Shown: one piece after another, positions 63,268-64,000 of the stretch | Position numbering within the stretch: position 1 is the first letter of the stretch | How the letters are laid out: every line of letters starts with the position of its first letter | Translations under genes and position numbers: made by a program | Assembly (NCBI GenBank): GCA_965204895.1 | Contig: OZ242025.1 | Coordinates: 1,473,621 to 1,537,620, forward strand | DNA length: 64,000 nucleotides | Source: Dehalococcoidia bacterium | GTDB taxonomy: Bacteria; Chloroflexota; Dehalococcoidia; Lucifugimonadales; UBA2985 | Direction: 5' to 3' | The notes under the pieces: model-generated | What the model was told of the DNA's origin: nothing | Seen by the model: the letters and a program-made list of their open reading frames with translations, nothing else | Database searches by the model: none

Positions 63268-64000
63268 CTAAATGGAGACTGCTACATAAAAAGCATATAC
63301 CACGACTATGACGAAAACAACGCTGTCCAGCCTGTCCAGCATTCCGCCGTGACCGGGTATCAGCCCGCCGGCGTCCTTGGCCCCGGCCGACCGCTTGATC
63401 TTCGACTCCACCAGGTCGCCGACCTGTCCCGCCACCGAAACCAGCGCGCCAAGCACAATGGCCTCCTGAATCGACAGAGGCAGGTCAAGCAACAGCGCAA
63501 GGCCAACCACAGCCGCGACGCCCGCCAGGAAGCCGCCGACGGCTCCCTCCTGGGTCTTGCCGGGGCTGATGGCGGGAGCCAGGGGCCGCCTGCCGATTGC
63601 CCTGCCCGTGAAGAACGCCCCCGTATCCGTCGCGAATGCGCCCAGGATGACCACCAGCACCCACTCCGGGCCCTGGTAGTCCTGCCACAGCACCAATGCC
63701 AGGGAGAGAGGCCACCCCAGGTACAGCGCGCCCGCGGCTGTGTAGGCGAAGTCGATCACGGCATCCCGGAAGTCACGCGGCTCCTCGCCCTTTGCCGTCA
63801 GAGAGGCCAGGGGCTTGAGGCGGATGGCCTGGTGCCAGGCAAAAGCGGCTGCCCCCCCGCCCAGGAGAACAAGGGGCGTCAGCCCGCCGCCATCGTGCCC
63901 GGCGACGATGAAGAGCAGCGTCCACAGAACGCCCAGAGCGGCCGCGGGCCGCGCCTCCCGGCCCTCCGCGAGCCGGTAGAACTCCAGGACTCCCAAGGCC
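63268..64000 (-). CDS. cdsA: Phosphatidate cytidylyltransferase (5' end may lie beyond the right edge)
   Basis: Polytopic membrane protein with C-terminal signature SKIKRSAGAKDAGGLIPGHGGMLDRLDS. Confidence 0.85.
   Translation of the reverse strand, partial: ALGVLEFYRLAEGREARPAAALGVLWTLLFIVAGHDGGGLTPLVLLGGGAAAFAWHQAIRLKPLASLTAKGEEPRDFRDAVIDFAYTAAGALYLGWPLSLALVLWQDYQGPEWVLVVILGAFATDTGAFFTGRAIGRRPLAPAISPGKTQEGAVGGFLAGVAAVVGLALLLDLPLSIQEAIVLGALVSVAGQVGDLVESKIKRSAGAKDAGGLIPGHGGMLDRLDSVVFVIVVVYAFYVAVSI

Noticed and set aside
1-64000. Search by eye for CRISPR arrays, tRNA, rRNA, tmRNA, integrase, transposase and reverse transcriptase genes
   Set aside because: None recognised. All sizeable intergenic regions were read, and they contain only promoters, hairpins and REP-like units. 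A tRNAscan/Infernal run would be needed to be definitive.

Overview
This is a 64-kb stretch of a high-G+C bacterial chromosome with about 65 supportable protein-coding genes. I found no rRNA, tRNA, CRISPR array, integrase or transposase by eye.

The backbone is housekeeping:
- hisS (partial), rel, rpsT, lexA, proS and queF-yhhQ.
- An M50 protease-tyrA-aroA-gmk operon.
- selA, fabF, folC, yqeK, cinA and coaE.
- An ispG / crotonase / rseP / dxr / cdsA (partial) block.
- Tandem acyl-CoA dehydrogenase paralogs, tandem family III CoA-transferase paralogs, and a gldA/F/G-like ABC system with a DUF4340 gene.

Non-ATG starts are frequent. TTG is used by hisS, rpsT, lexA, yhhQ, both Rieske genes, the Nudix gene and the UDG-like gene.

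Several visibly AT-richer islets interrupt the backbone (judged by eye, not computed). They carry accessory or conflict-type genes:
1. A 741-aa ankyrin-repeat protein.
2. A phage packaging-module relic (large terminase, HTH protein, portal, truncated scaffold-like ORF and small moron-like genes) that ends inside the lexA promoter.
3. A UDG-fold orphan gene with a near-consensus promoter and a tandem 11-mer.
4. A GmrSD-type (DUF262/DUF1524) type IV restriction gene, divergent from an orphan RHH antitoxin-like gene.
5. The low-GC C-terminal module of a trypsin-like protease, followed by small ORFs and a retropepsin-like protease.
6. An unknown-HNH-HicB operon.

Other notable items:
- A solo Cas4-like 4-Cys PD-(D/E)XK nuclease and an EVE-like protein.
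- A tightly packed coaE / CbbQ-NorQ ATPase / Nudix / 1092-aa vWA (NorD-CbbO-like) operon.
- A 373-bp tandem duplication of a Rieske ferredoxin gene.
- Two families of intergenic palindromic (REP-like) repeats.

Gene content is compatible with a Chloroflexota/SAR202-like marine or sponge-associated lineage. That is inference only. No single locus can be declared a new system from sequence alone; the best candidates are ranked in the findings.
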